Origin: Caldilineaceae bacterium
Lineage (GTDB): Bacteria; Chloroflexota; Anaerolineae; Caldilineales; Caldilineaceae
Direction of reading: 5' to 3'
Length of the DNA: 39,735 nucleotides
Assembly: GCA_020433455.1 (NCBI GenBank)
Contig: JAGRCP010000046.1
Span: 1-39,735, forward strand
The notes below the pieces were generated by a model. That model had not been told where the DNA came from. It was given only the letters and a program-made list of their open reading frames with translations, and did not search any database. The position numbers and the translations under genes are program-made. Below are positions 1 to 8,976 of this stretch, piece by piece; the first letter of the stretch is position 1; every line of letters starts with the position of its first letter.

Positions 1-192
1 GTCGCCGATCGCGGCGTCGAAGGCCGCAATCTGACTGCCCCGTTGCCGTGGTTCCGGCTGATGGTCGACTGGCTCGCGCAGAATCCGGCGCACGGTATCC
101 CGGTGGCAGCCAACTGCCTTGGCGATCTGGCTGTTGTTCCAGCCCTTCTGTTTCAGATAGTAGATGGTAGATCGTTCCATGAATCCCAGCAT
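1..192 (-). mobile_element. IS21-family transposase IstA, N-terminal HTH fragment; the gene continues beyond the window start
   Basis: The reverse-strand translation reads MLGFMERSTIYYLKQKGWNNSQIAKAVGCHRDTVRRILREP.... Its layout matches the IS21 IstA N-terminal helix-turn-helix (compare MLSREDFYMIKQ...TVRRYL). The ORF runs off the 5' edge of the window. The start is at 192 (ML...), with an alternative in-frame ATG at 180. Confidence 0.6.
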
Positions 193-291
193 CCTTGTTG
201 GCGTCCCTTCGTGGCAGATGACCTGTCCCTGACTGGGAACAAGTGGCGGTAATCTGCCCGAAGTGTACCCGCCGTGGGTGCTGATTTTTAA

Positions 292-323
292 ACCGGAATT
301 GTGCCCTATTCTTCACCGGAATT
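292..323. repeat. 9-bp direct repeat accggaatt x2 (292-300 and 315-323), a possible IS-end transposase-binding repeat
   Basis: The exact direct repeat is visible in the sequence. It lies upstream of the transposase start, where IS21 ends carry multiple repeated binding sites. That link is inference. Confidence 0.25.
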
Positions 324-329
324 TACAAA

Positions 330-368
330 GGCGGCAGGCAGGCCCTTGCTGCAAGACTGCCTGCCGCC
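330..368. other. Perfect 12-bp stem hairpin (GGCGGCAGGCAG / CTGCCTGCCGCC, 15-nt loop)
   Basis: The arms are exact reverse complements. The hairpin sits between the IS fragment and the AT-rich HAD gene, so it may be an insulator or terminator at the IS/cargo boundary. Confidence 0.4.
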
Positions 369-453
369 CAACAAGCCGTTGCAGCCGACCGGCTTCGCCG
401 GTGGCTGAACGGCACGCCGTTATGCATTCATGAAATAGGACTACAGATACTCA

Positions 454-1154
454 ATGGAAATAGTTACAATAAGAAATGTAGTGTTTGATATTGGAAATGT
501 ACTCGTCAAATGGTCGCCAGAAGAGATCATCCGAAAAACATTCGGAGAAGAAGCAGATACGGAAAAATTGATTGAGAAGATCTTCCGAAATGAATGTTGG
601 ATTGCTCTAAATAAGGGTGAATTATCCGAGGAATCCGCAAAACAAAAGTATCAACGAATATTATACTCCGTTCAGAATGAAACCCGCAGTTTGCCACTCG
701 ACCCGTGCGGCAGAAAAACTGTTGGTCTCAAATTGCACGCAGTATAGATGTCAAATCAGAAATAATTGATGAATTATTCTATCAGATCAAAGACACCCAG
801 AAGCCTGTCGAAGGAACCGTGGATCTTCTGCATCGCCTATCCAGCTCAGGCTATATGCTTTATGCATTAACGGACAATGTGATAGAAATCGTCCAGTATT
901 TAAAGGAACGATATACATTTTGGGAATATTTTGTCGGAACAGTTGTCTCTGCCGAGGTAAATTGCATGAAGCCAAATCCTGAAATCTTTCTTCATTTATT
1001 AGATGAATATAACATCCTGCCAGATGAAACTGTATTCATTGATGATCACATGCCCAATGTTGAAAGCGCAAACAATCTTGGGATACATGTAGTGCATTTC
1101 AAAGACGCCAATGAATGTGAACAGGAGTTAAAGGAATTAGGATTAGTATTCTAA
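454..1154 (+). pseudogene. HAD-superfamily hydrolase (YihX / epoxide-hydrolase-N-terminal-like), split by a frameshift near 705-747
   Basis: Two overlapping ORFs (454..747 frame 1 and 705..1154 frame 0) together give a complete HAD domain. Motif I is VFDIGNVL, motif II is LYALTDN, motif III is the Lys in MKPNPEIF, and motif IV is FIDDHMPNV. The region is AT-rich and unlike the flanking DNA. Confidence 0.6.
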
Positions 1155-1187
1155 CATTGTGTACGAGGTTGAAATTGTAGACTACCA

Positions 1188-1487
1188 TTGAGGAATAGAA
1201 CGAGAGATTTACCGCCCATTCATCCAGGGGAGATATTGTTGGAAGAGTTTTTGGCGCCGATGGGAATTAGCCGGTATCGACTTGGCAAAGGACATCAGTA
1301 TGCCGGCGGGTCGCGGATGTCGCGCCGGCTCATATGGGTGGTCGTCGCTTTTGCCGCCGTGAGTCTGGCGCTCAATTTGATGACGCCCAGCAGGGGCGAG
1401 CGGGCGATCTGGGCGCCGGCGGCCTTGCTACTGCTGATAAGCAGCGCCATGGTCGCTATGGACAAGTCTTCTCAGCCCATCCCTTGA
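1188..1487 (+). pseudogene. Decayed HigA-like (XRE HTH) antitoxin remnant fused to unrelated reading frame
   Basis: The N-terminus IHPGEILLEEFLAPMGISRYRL is the canonical HigA start. The expected continuation AKDISMPAGR appears in the +1 frame and is then lost. There is a TTG start and no cognate higB nearby. Confidence 0.3.
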
Positions 1488-1675
1488 CAAGGCGCTGAAC
1501 CGCGCTCCTCCTGGTTTGGCAACTGACTTCACCGGAGTCCGGACTGCTAACGCAAGGCTGTTCCAGGGAATCAAATCCCTTTGTTGAAAGCTCATGGGGA
1601 ATGCTTTTTCTTGACGTTTGTGAGAAATCCATTGTTTTGACGCGATATCAATAGGAGCTTTACGAGGTTACAAAC

Positions 1676-2503
1676 ATGAGAGATCTATTCTCGCTGGAGG
1701 GAAAGACCGCGGTCGTGACCGGCGGCTCAACCGGGATCGGGGCGATGATTGCAGAAGGGTTTGTTAACTTTGGGGCGAAGGTGTACATCGTAGCGCGCAG
1801 GGAAGAACTCCTGCAACAGAAACAGGTGGAGTTAGGACGCATCGGTCTCTGCGAGTACCTTGTCGCCGATGTGGGGTCCGTCGCCGGGATCAAGGAACTG
1901 GCCAAGGCGTATGGTGAACGTGAGGACTCGCTCGACATCCTGGTTAATAATGCCGGTATCAGCGACGGCGGACAGGAGATCGAGGAGGTGACCGAAGAAA
2001 CGTGGGATGCCGTGATGGATCTCAACCTCAAAACCATCTTCTTTATGACTCAGTCCTTTCTGCCCTTCCTGCGGGTGGGGGCCTCTCCTGCAACCCCGCG
2101 CAATGTGATCAATATCGCATCGATCGACGGGTGCGGGAAGCTCAATGCCTTTTACAATTATGCGTATGGCGCCAGCAAAGCCGGCGTTATTCAGTTGGGC
2201 CGACATCTGGGCGACAGGCTCGCCTGGGAGGGGATTCAGGTCAATACCCTCTCGCCCGGTGACTTTCCCAGCGATTTGAACACGACGGCTCGGGACCATA
2301 CGGAGGAGATGAAACGCGTCATCCCTGCGAAGCGGATCGGCGAGAAGGAGAATATCGCCGGGGCGGCTATCTTTCTCGCCTCGCGTGCCGGGAACTTTAA
2401 TGTCGGCTCCAATCTCGTGGTTGACGGCGGTGAGAGCGTGCGGGGAATTCAGCGGGCATTTTATGCCACGATTTGGCCCGATCTGGTGAAGTTGGACAGG
2501 TAG
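1676..2503 (+). CDS. SDR-family NAD(P)-dependent oxidoreductase
   Basis: The Rossmann motif TGGSTGIG is at the N-terminus and the catalytic YAYGASK (YxxxK) is present. The length is about 275 aa, and NNAG is present. Confidence 0.9.
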   Translation: MRDLFSLEGKTAVVTGGSTGIGAMIAEGFVNFGAKVYIVARREELLQQKQVELGRIGLCEYLVADVGSVAGIKELAKAYGEREDSLDILVNNAGISDGGQEIEEVTEETWDAVMDLNLKTIFFMTQSFLPFLRVGASPATPRNVINIASIDGCGKLNAFYNYAYGASKAGVIQLGRHLGDRLAWEGIQVNTLSPGDFPSDLNTTARDHTEEMKRVIPAKRIGEKENIAGAAIFLASRAGNFNVGSNLVVDGGESVRGIQRAFYATIWPDLVKLDR

Positions 2504-2704
2504 TCGCCCATGCGATCATTCTTTAAAAAATGAGCCGATACGTTGTGCATTGCGCCAGGGGCAAAATCGGTAGCGGAATATAGCATGGCAAACGCCTTCC
2601 GGCGCAGCTGCTCGACACTCTACGATGGCACATAACAAGCCATAGTTAGGTGCTTCATGCGCGCCGGTGACATTGATCGTGATGCGGCTGAATGGGAAAG
2701 AATT

Positions 2705-3352
2705 ATGGCAGGCAAGAAGAAAAAATTCTATGTTGTCTGGAAGGGCCACAACCCAGGAATCTATACGAGTTGGGCAGAGTGTAACGCCCAGGTAAAAGGC
2801 GTCCCGCAGGCTGAATATAAATCATTCGAAACATTGGCAGAAGCGGAGCAGGCCTATCAAGGCAAGTATTCAGTGTATGCGGGAAAATCCGGCAAGACGC
2901 AGAAAGACAATATCTTACCGGAAGATGTTTTACGAAGGATCGGACAACCCAATCCGGATGCATATTGTGTCGATGCAGCCTGTAGCGGAAGCCCCGGAGA
3001 GCTTGAATATCGCTGTGTGCATGTTGGGACAAGAAAAGAGATATTTCGACAAGGTCCCTATGCAGACGGGACCAATAACATCGGCGAGTTTTTGGCACTC
3101 GTGCATGCGCTCGCTTTATTCAAGCGGGAGGGGCTTACCAAGCCCATCTACTCTGATTCAAAAATAGCCATCGGCTGGGTCGAGAAAAGGCATTGCAGGA
3201 CTAAACTTGAAAAAACCGAAAGAAACCAGAAGTTGTTTGATTTGATTGAGAGAGCGGAGAGATGGTTGATTGAGAATCATTTCGAAAATAGGCTCATAAA
3301 GTGGGAAACACGCGTTTGGGGCGAGATCCCGGCAGATTATGGCCGTAAGTAA
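2705..3352 (+). CDS. rnhA: Ribonuclease H1 with N-terminal hybrid-binding (dsRNA/RNA-DNA) domain
   Basis: The N-terminal KKFYVVWKGHNPGIYTSWAECNAQVKGVPQAEYKSFETLAEAEQAY is the RNase H1 HBD / caulimovirus-viroplasmin-like domain. The RNase H catalytic core is CVDAACSGSPGELEY...TNNIGEFLALVHAL...YSDSKIAIGWVEK. The gene is AT-rich. An upstream in-frame ATG at 2657 is an alternative start. Confidence 0.8.
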   Translation: MAGKKKKFYVVWKGHNPGIYTSWAECNAQVKGVPQAEYKSFETLAEAEQAYQGKYSVYAGKSGKTQKDNILPEDVLRRIGQPNPDAYCVDAACSGSPGELEYRCVHVGTRKEIFRQGPYADGTNNIGEFLALVHALALFKREGLTKPIYSDSKIAIGWVEKRHCRTKLEKTERNQKLFDLIERAERWLIENHFENRLIKWETRVWGEIPADYGRK

Positions 3353-3776
3353 ACGAGAGCCGCATTGAAGATTTCCCATGGGAAGAGCGCTACGTTTTTG
3401 GGTACGGCAGTAAAACAGAATATGAAAAACTGAAAAAGACCCAGCCTTCTTACACGGATACTTTTGAATTCCTCGGCTTTGATGATGAAGTTGACAGAGG
3501 CTATGGCATCCTGGTTAAGGTAAGGCGGGTAGCTGATAAAAGGAAGTTCACAGTATCTTTGGACGATTTGGAAGCTACAGATGAGCAATCAACGAATTGT
3601 CAACTGCTCGATGATTTTTCCGTATGGTTTGTTAACTATTAGGCGGTAACGCGCAACATCTTGCTTGCGCCTAATCACCGCTTCACCTCAGACTGTCGCA
3701 GCAGCGGCGCGCTTGCGGCAGCATATAATCCTCCCATGCAACCTGCTCCATTTGGCGCTTAAAAAGGTGGCAAAAA

Positions 3777-4355
3777 TTGGTTGACATAGACCTGTCCAGG
3801 GTAAGGGCGTTCAAGACCTCAGACGAGTTCTATGATTGGTTGGAACTCAATCATCAGGACTCTTCTGAATTATGGTTGCAGATCTACAAAAAAGGGTCTC
3901 AGCAGCCGTCGATAAGCTGGCAGGAAGCGGTTCGGGTTGCGCTCTGCTGGGGCTGGATTGACAGCGTAAAAATGTCTCGCGATGCCGATTCCTACCTGCA
4001 ACGATTCACGCCCCGACGCGCGGGCAGCAGTTGGTCAAGACGCAATACGGAACATGTGGAGGCGCTGCTTGAAGAAGGATTGATGAGAGAAGCGGGCATG
4101 CTGCATGTCCGGGCCGCACAAGCGGACGGACGCTGGGCGTCGGCTTACGCGCCATCCAGCGAAATGGCCTTGCCGCCTGATTTCCTGGCTGAATTGGAGG
4201 CCAACCCGGCAGCTAAGGAATTTTTCGAGACGCTGAGCAAATCTTCCCGCTATGTGATCTATCATCGACTCCAAACGGCAAAGCAAGCGGATACCAGGCA
4301 GAGGCGGCTGGAAAAATTTGTCGCGCTTCTCACCAACCGGGAGAAGCCGACGTAA
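3777..4355 (+). CDS. YdeI/OmpD-associated family protein (DUF1801-like)
   Basis: The sequence DEFYDWLELNH...ELWLQIYKKG...WQEAVRVALCWGWIDS matches the family signature. There is a TTG start with an aaaaaggtgg RBS. Confidence 0.7.
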   Translation: MVDIDLSRVRAFKTSDEFYDWLELNHQDSSELWLQIYKKGSQQPSISWQEAVRVALCWGWIDSVKMSRDADSYLQRFTPRRAGSSWSRRNTEHVEALLEEGLMREAGMLHVRAAQADGRWASAYAPSSEMALPPDFLAELEANPAAKEFFETLSKSSRYVIYHRLQTAKQADTRQRRLEKFVALLTNREKPT

Positions 4356-4460
4356 GTGGGGTGAGTGCAGCCATCCGAATTCCTCTTGCTCCTGCTCTGG
4401 CCTCCGCTCGCACGGATTGCGTTAGTTCTTCTGCTCACGCTTTACTCATTCGGACGAATT

Positions 4461-5210
4461 ATGCCCCATTCCGCCTTCACCCGATCCGATCATCGACCCT
4501 GGCCCTATCCCAACCGCGCCTGGTCCTGGCGTCAGTCCTGGCGGGACTTGCTCTTTCTCCACTGGCCCGTGCCCGCGGCCGCGCTGCGTCCGTTGGTCCC
4601 GCCGGAGCTGGAGATCCAGGAATTTGACGGGACGTCCTGGGTCGGCGTTGTGCCCTTTCGCATGGCGGGCGTCATGCGTCGCCCGCTGCCCGATTTGCCG
4701 TGGGTCTCCGCCTTTCCCGAGCTGAATGTACGGCTCTACGTGAAGAAAGCCGGGGAGGAGGCGGAGAGCAAGCCGGGCGTCTGGTTCCTCAGCCTGGATG
4801 CCACGAATCTGCTGGCGGTCTGGGCGGCGCGGCGCTTTTTTCATCTCCCCTACTATCGGGCGCAGATCACCGTTGAGGATGCGGGCGACCAAATTCGCTA
4901 CGATTCCGTCCGGCGCAAAAGCGACGCGCGCTTCCGCGCCCGTTACGGTCCCACGGGGCCCGTCTACGCAGCCCGCGCCGGCGCGCTCGACCACTGGCTG
5001 ACCGAGCGCTACTGCCTGTACGCGCTGGACCCGCGGGGACGCTTGCTGCGCAATGAAGTGCATCACGTTCCCTGGCCGCTTCAACCCGCCCAAGCCGAGA
5101 TTGAGGAGAACGCCATGCTCCAAACCTACGGGATTCAACTGGAAGGCCCGCCCCTCTGCCATTTCGCCCGCCGGATCGATGTGGTCGTGTGGGACGCTGA
5201 AGAAGCGTAG
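4461..5210 (+). CDS. DUF2071 (YqjF-like) family protein
   Basis: The motifs WRDLLFLHWPV and PWVSAFPELNVRLYV are typical of COG3361/DUF2071. The ORF opens at 4365 but the likely start is MPHSAF at 4461. Confidence 0.6.
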   Translation: MPHSAFTRSDHRPWPYPNRAWSWRQSWRDLLFLHWPVPAAALRPLVPPELEIQEFDGTSWVGVVPFRMAGVMRRPLPDLPWVSAFPELNVRLYVKKAGEEAESKPGVWFLSLDATNLLAVWAARRFFHLPYYRAQITVEDAGDQIRYDSVRRKSDARFRARYGPTGPVYAARAGALDHWLTERYCLYALDPRGRLLRNEVHHVPWPLQPAQAEIEENAMLQTYGIQLEGPPLCHFARRIDVVVWDAEEA

Positions 5211-5291
5211 CCTTTTGCCCATAAATGCCCCGGTTGTGCGCGGCATCATGCCGCCCCACTGCCCCTCTGCAATCCCATCTAAAATTCCCGA

Positions 5292-5361
5292 TTGACACAT
5301 TCGCCGTTTTGGTTCATACTGTCGGTAATGTTCCCGGAAACATTACCGGAAACGTTGCCGG
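5292..5361 (+). promoter_or_regulatory. Sigma70-like promoter (TTGACA-17-CATACT) followed by two overlapping LacI-type operator palindromes (CCGGAAACATTACCGG and CCGGAAACGTTGCCGG)
   Basis: The -35 TTGACA is at 5292-5297 and the -10 CATACT at 5315-5320, with a 17-nt spacer. The two 16-bp near-palindromes are centred on ACAT/ACGT at 5334-5349 and 5346-5361, upstream of the ABC operon that contains a LacI regulator. Confidence 0.55.
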
Positions 5362-5557
5362 CAATACAGCAATAGAGATAGCCGGCACACTCGCTCTCAC
5401 CCAGTAGATTAGCTGAACGCCAACTGAAAATTTCCGTCCGCACCTATCGTGCGGCCCTGTAGGCCCACTCGCCGTCAGCGTTCGTCGATCGTAACCAACG
5501 CTCCGTCATCCGCGTTGGGTAGATCGTTTTTTGACTATTTTTAAGGAGGAAACAAGG

Positions 5558-6904
5558 ATGAAAAAAATTACGTCAGTTTTGAGTTTGCTGCTTCTGACAG
5601 CCTTATTGGCAGCCGGCTGCTCGACTGCCCAGCCGGACACGAGCGGCAGCGCGGGCAGTGCTGAATCCGGTGAATCCGGCGGATCCCAGGAAGGCATTAC
5701 GCTCACCTACATGGCCAGCCAGGGGTGGATCAAGGACGCTGAATTGGAATTGGCCCAGAAGTTTGAAGATGAGACCGGCATTCACGTTGACTATCAGATC
5801 ATTCCGGCTGACCAGTATTTCAGCGTCTTGAAGACCAAGCTGAATTCGGGCGAGGCGACGGACATCTTCGGCGGTCAGAGCGGTCAGACCGATCTGGCTG
5901 TTCAGTACAACGTGGAGCAGAACGCGGTGGATCTCTCCGATGAAGAGTGGACGTCGCGTCAGGATTCCCTCTCGCTGGAGATGGTGAGCCTGAACGGCAA
6001 GGTCTACGGCGCGGAGATATGGGACACGATTGCGTCGAACTACTTTGTCGTCGTCTATAACAAAGCCATCTTCGATGAGCAGGGGCTGAGCGTTCCCGCC
6101 ACCTACGCCGAGTTTAAGGACGTCTGCGTGGCGCTCCAGGATGCCGGCATCACCCCCATCTACGAGCCCATCTCCGACGGCTGGCACCACGTGCTCTGGT
6201 TCCCCATGATCGGCCCGCGCTTCGAGGAAGTCAATCCCGGCCTTTCGGATCAGTTAAACGCCAACGAGACTACATTCGCCCAGACGCCGATCATGCAGGA
6301 TGCCATGAGTCAGCTCAACGAACTCTATGCGCTGGACTGCTTCGGCGACAACGCGCTCTCGGACGCCTTCTCGGACACCAATGCCAAGCTGGCGAGCGGC
6401 GAATATGCCATGTCCCTGGCCACGCTGACCACGCCGGTCAGCATTGAAAGCGAGTACCCGGACGTCTCCGCCCAGACCTTCGGCTTCTTCCCCATTCCCC
6501 TGGCGGACAACATGCTGGCTCCGGCCCACCCGGCCGGCCCGAGCAAGTTCATCTACTCGGGTTCCGAGCACGTTGACGAAGCCAAGCAGTACCTGGCCTT
6601 CCTGGCGGCCCCGGAAAATCTCCAATATCTCCTGGACAATACACCTGACTTCGCCGCCCTCAACTTCTCTGGCCTGGAAGACAAGTGGACGCCTGAGCAG
6701 CAGGAGTTCCTGGACGCCTACCCGGCGAAATCCATCGTCTATCAGGATTCAGTGAATTATCTCAATCCCCAGTGGATGGACATCGGCAAGGATATGGTGG
6801 CCATGTTCACCGGCGCAATGAGCCCGGAGGACGTACTGACCAGCATTGACCAGCGCCGCACCGAGATGGCGCAGACGGCCCAGGATCCAGCCTGGAGCGA
6901 ATAG
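5558..6904 (+). CDS. Carbohydrate ABC transporter substrate-binding lipoprotein (SBP family 1)
   Basis: The start MKKITSVLSLLLLTALLAAGCS has a lipobox and is preceded by an AAGGAGGA RBS. The fold is that of a sugar-binding SBP. Confidence 0.85.
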   Translation: MKKITSVLSLLLLTALLAAGCSTAQPDTSGSAGSAESGESGGSQEGITLTYMASQGWIKDAELELAQKFEDETGIHVDYQIIPADQYFSVLKTKLNSGEATDIFGGQSGQTDLAVQYNVEQNAVDLSDEEWTSRQDSLSLEMVSLNGKVYGAEIWDTIASNYFVVVYNKAIFDEQGLSVPATYAEFKDVCVALQDAGITPIYEPISDGWHHVLWFPMIGPRFEEVNPGLSDQLNANETTFAQTPIMQDAMSQLNELYALDCFGDNALSDAFSDTNAKLASGEYAMSLATLTTPVSIESEYPDVSAQTFGFFPIPLADNMLAPAHPAGPSKFIYSGSEHVDEAKQYLAFLAAPENLQYLLDNTPDFAALNFSGLEDKWTPEQQEFLDAYPAKSIVYQDSVNYLNPQWMDIGKDMVAMFTGAMSPEDVLTSIDQRRTEMAQTAQDPAWSE

Positions 6905-7070
6905 CGCATCCCCTGGGAGCGCCGGACTCCAGTCCGGCACGCCATGCCGCACCGGAATCCGGCGTTTCCAGGAAATATCCGCAACAATCGCCGCTCACTC
7001 CAATGAGCCGGTACCTGGAATTGTCCCCTGGCCTCAAACGGGCATGTCGATACGAAGGAGAAGAAGCGCG

Positions 7071-7943
7071 ATGAAAAACCGAGCCTATCCGTTCTACTTT
7101 GCAGGCGGCGCGCTCCTGCTCTACACACTCTTCTTCGTCCTGCCCAGCATCATGGGCTTCTACTACGCGTTCACCGACTGGAACAGCTACTCCAACGAGA
7201 TCAACTTCGTCGGGCTGGATAACTTCCAACGGATCTTTGCCACCGGCTCGGGCCAGAATTATCTGCTCTTCATCCGCAACACGGTCGTCTTCACGGTTGC
7301 GACCATCTTTCTGAAGACGGTTTTTGCCCTGGCCCTGGCCGTCCTGCTGACCAATGGAATCCGACGCTTCGCTTATTTTTACCGGGTCATCATGTACTTG
7401 CCCGCGGTGCTGCCCATGCTGGTGGTCAGCCTGGTCTTCAAATCGATTCTGAATCCCGCGACCGGGCTCCTTAACACCTTTCTGAACAATGTTGGGCTCG
7501 GCTTTATGGCGCAAAAATGGCTGGTGGACGTGCATTGGGCGTTGCCCTCGGTCATCGGCGTGGACACGTGGCGGGGCGTCGGCTACATCATGGTCATCAT
7601 GATCGCGGGGTTGCAGGCCATCCCCAAGGAATATTACGAAGCGTCGGCCATTGACGGCGCAAGCGGATTCGCGGCCTTTCGCCACATCACGCTCCCCCTG
7701 CTCATGCCCGTGCTGACGGTTACAACCGTGCTCAACCTGCTCTACGGGCTCAAGGTCTTCGACATCGTCTTCGTGCTGACCAACGGCGGGCCTGGCCGGG
7801 CCACGGATACGGTCTACACGGTTATCTTCGATGAGTTTTCCAAGGGGCGCTACGGCATGGCCACCACGCTCTCAAGCCTGCTCTTTATCGTCATGATCAT
7901 TCTCGGCTATTTTGTGATCCGCTTGATGCACAGTGAGGAGTGA
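7071..7943 (+). CDS. Carbohydrate ABC transporter permease (MalF/UgpA-like)
   Basis: It has six predicted TM segments and the EAA loop EASAIDGASGFAAFRHITLPLL. The ORF opens earlier, but the likely start is MKNRAYPFYF. Confidence 0.85.
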   Translation: MKNRAYPFYFAGGALLLYTLFFVLPSIMGFYYAFTDWNSYSNEINFVGLDNFQRIFATGSGQNYLLFIRNTVVFTVATIFLKTVFALALAVLLTNGIRRFAYFYRVIMYLPAVLPMLVVSLVFKSILNPATGLLNTFLNNVGLGFMAQKWLVDVHWALPSVIGVDTWRGVGYIMVIMIAGLQAIPKEYYEASAIDGASGFAAFRHITLPLLMPVLTVTTVLNLLYGLKVFDIVFVLTNGGPGRATDTVYTVIFDEFSKGRYGMATTLSSLLFIVMIILGYFVIRLMHSEE

Positions 7944-8041
7944 GGCGTGATTGGCGGCGAACAGCCCCTCTCTAATCACGCCTCACGAGTACGTATCGCC
8001 TTTCATCCGTTTGAGCCGCAACAAGGAGATAGGAAAGCCCC

Positions 8042-8863
8042 ATGCGTATCGGAAAAGTCCAGCGCCTCTTCAACCAGTTGATCGCCCTGATCGCGGGCCT
8101 GATCATGTTTATCCCGGTCTATCTGGTCTTCGTCAATTCGCTCAAAAGCAAGACAGAGGCCGCGGCCATGAACGCCCGCTTCCCCACCGCCTTTCATTGG
8201 GAAAATTTTGCCGTGGTGATCGAAAAGGGCAAGCTGATCACTGCCTTCGGCAACAGCGTCCTCTATGCCGTGGGCGCGACCATCATCGGGACGACCGCGG
8301 CCGCGCTGGCCGCCTATGTCCTCTCCCGCAACCGGAGCCGCTGGAACCGCTTCACCTACTTTTTCATCATCATGGGCATCGCCATGCCGACCAACTTCGT
8401 CACGCTGATGAAGGTCATGCAGCTCACACACCTCATCAACACGCAGATCGGCATCATCCTGCTCTATTCGGCGACATCTATTCCGTTCAGCGTCTTTCTC
8501 ATCTACGCCTTCGTGGGGACTATTCCCCGGGAGTTGGACGAGGCGGCCATCATCGACGGCTGCGGGTCGATCCGCCTCTTTTTCTCGGTCATTTATCCCT
8601 TGCTGACGCCCGTTCTGGTCACCGCGGGGATTCTGAATCTGCTGGGCATCTGGAACGAGTTCCTGCTGCCTCTCTACTATCTCAACAGCAGCGATTACTG
8701 GCCCATGACCCTGGCCGTCTACAACTTCTTCGGCCAATTTCAGGCCGACTGGAGCCTGGTTTCGGCCGACATTGTGCTGACCATCCTGCCGGTCATCATC
8801 GTCTATCTCTTTGCCCAACGGTTTATTCTGTCGGGTATGACCTCGGGTTCGGTCAAAGGATAG
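8042..8863 (+). CDS. Carbohydrate ABC transporter permease (MalG/UgpE-like)
   Basis: The EAA motif is DEAAIIDGCGSIRLFFSVIYPLLTP, and the protein is a TM permease. Confidence 0.85.
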   Translation: MRIGKVQRLFNQLIALIAGLIMFIPVYLVFVNSLKSKTEAAAMNARFPTAFHWENFAVVIEKGKLITAFGNSVLYAVGATIIGTTAAALAAYVLSRNRSRWNRFTYFFIIMGIAMPTNFVTLMKVMQLTHLINTQIGIILLYSATSIPFSVFLIYAFVGTIPRELDEAAIIDGCGSIRLFFSVIYPLLTPVLVTAGILNLLGIWNEFLLPLYYLNSSDYWPMTLAVYNFFGQFQADWSLVSADIVLTILPVIIVYLFAQRFILSGMTSGSVKG

Positions 8864-8976
8864 GCCGCCCGCATCGACAGTCACCCCATCCAATTGTCCG
8901 AACACGTGAGCGGAGGATATGATTACACACCGCTATCACTTGTGGAGGTGAGGAAGATAAGCGCACAAACGCCTCA

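Noticed and set aside
1530-1600. Possible tRNA/tmRNA-like hairpin AGGGAATCAAATCCCT
   Set aside because: The loop length and flanking sequence do not fit a tRNA cloverleaf, and no acceptor-stem complement is present.
3158-3588. 73-aa and 83-aa minus-strand ORFs in the AT-rich islet
   Set aside because: They are antisense to rnhA and the start-less ORF. AT-rich DNA produces such ORFs by chance, and they have no motifs.
4446-5300. 284-aa and 143-aa minus-strand ORFs antisense to the DUF2071 gene
   Set aside because: Their composition is Arg/Gly/Pro-rich and low-complexity, as expected for shadow ORFs in high-GC DNA. The plus-strand ORF carries recognisable DUF2071 motifs.
8003-8905. 300-aa minus-strand ORF opposite the second ABC permease
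   Set aside because: It is an antisense shadow with an acidic or low-complexity product, and the permease EAA motif is on the plus strand.
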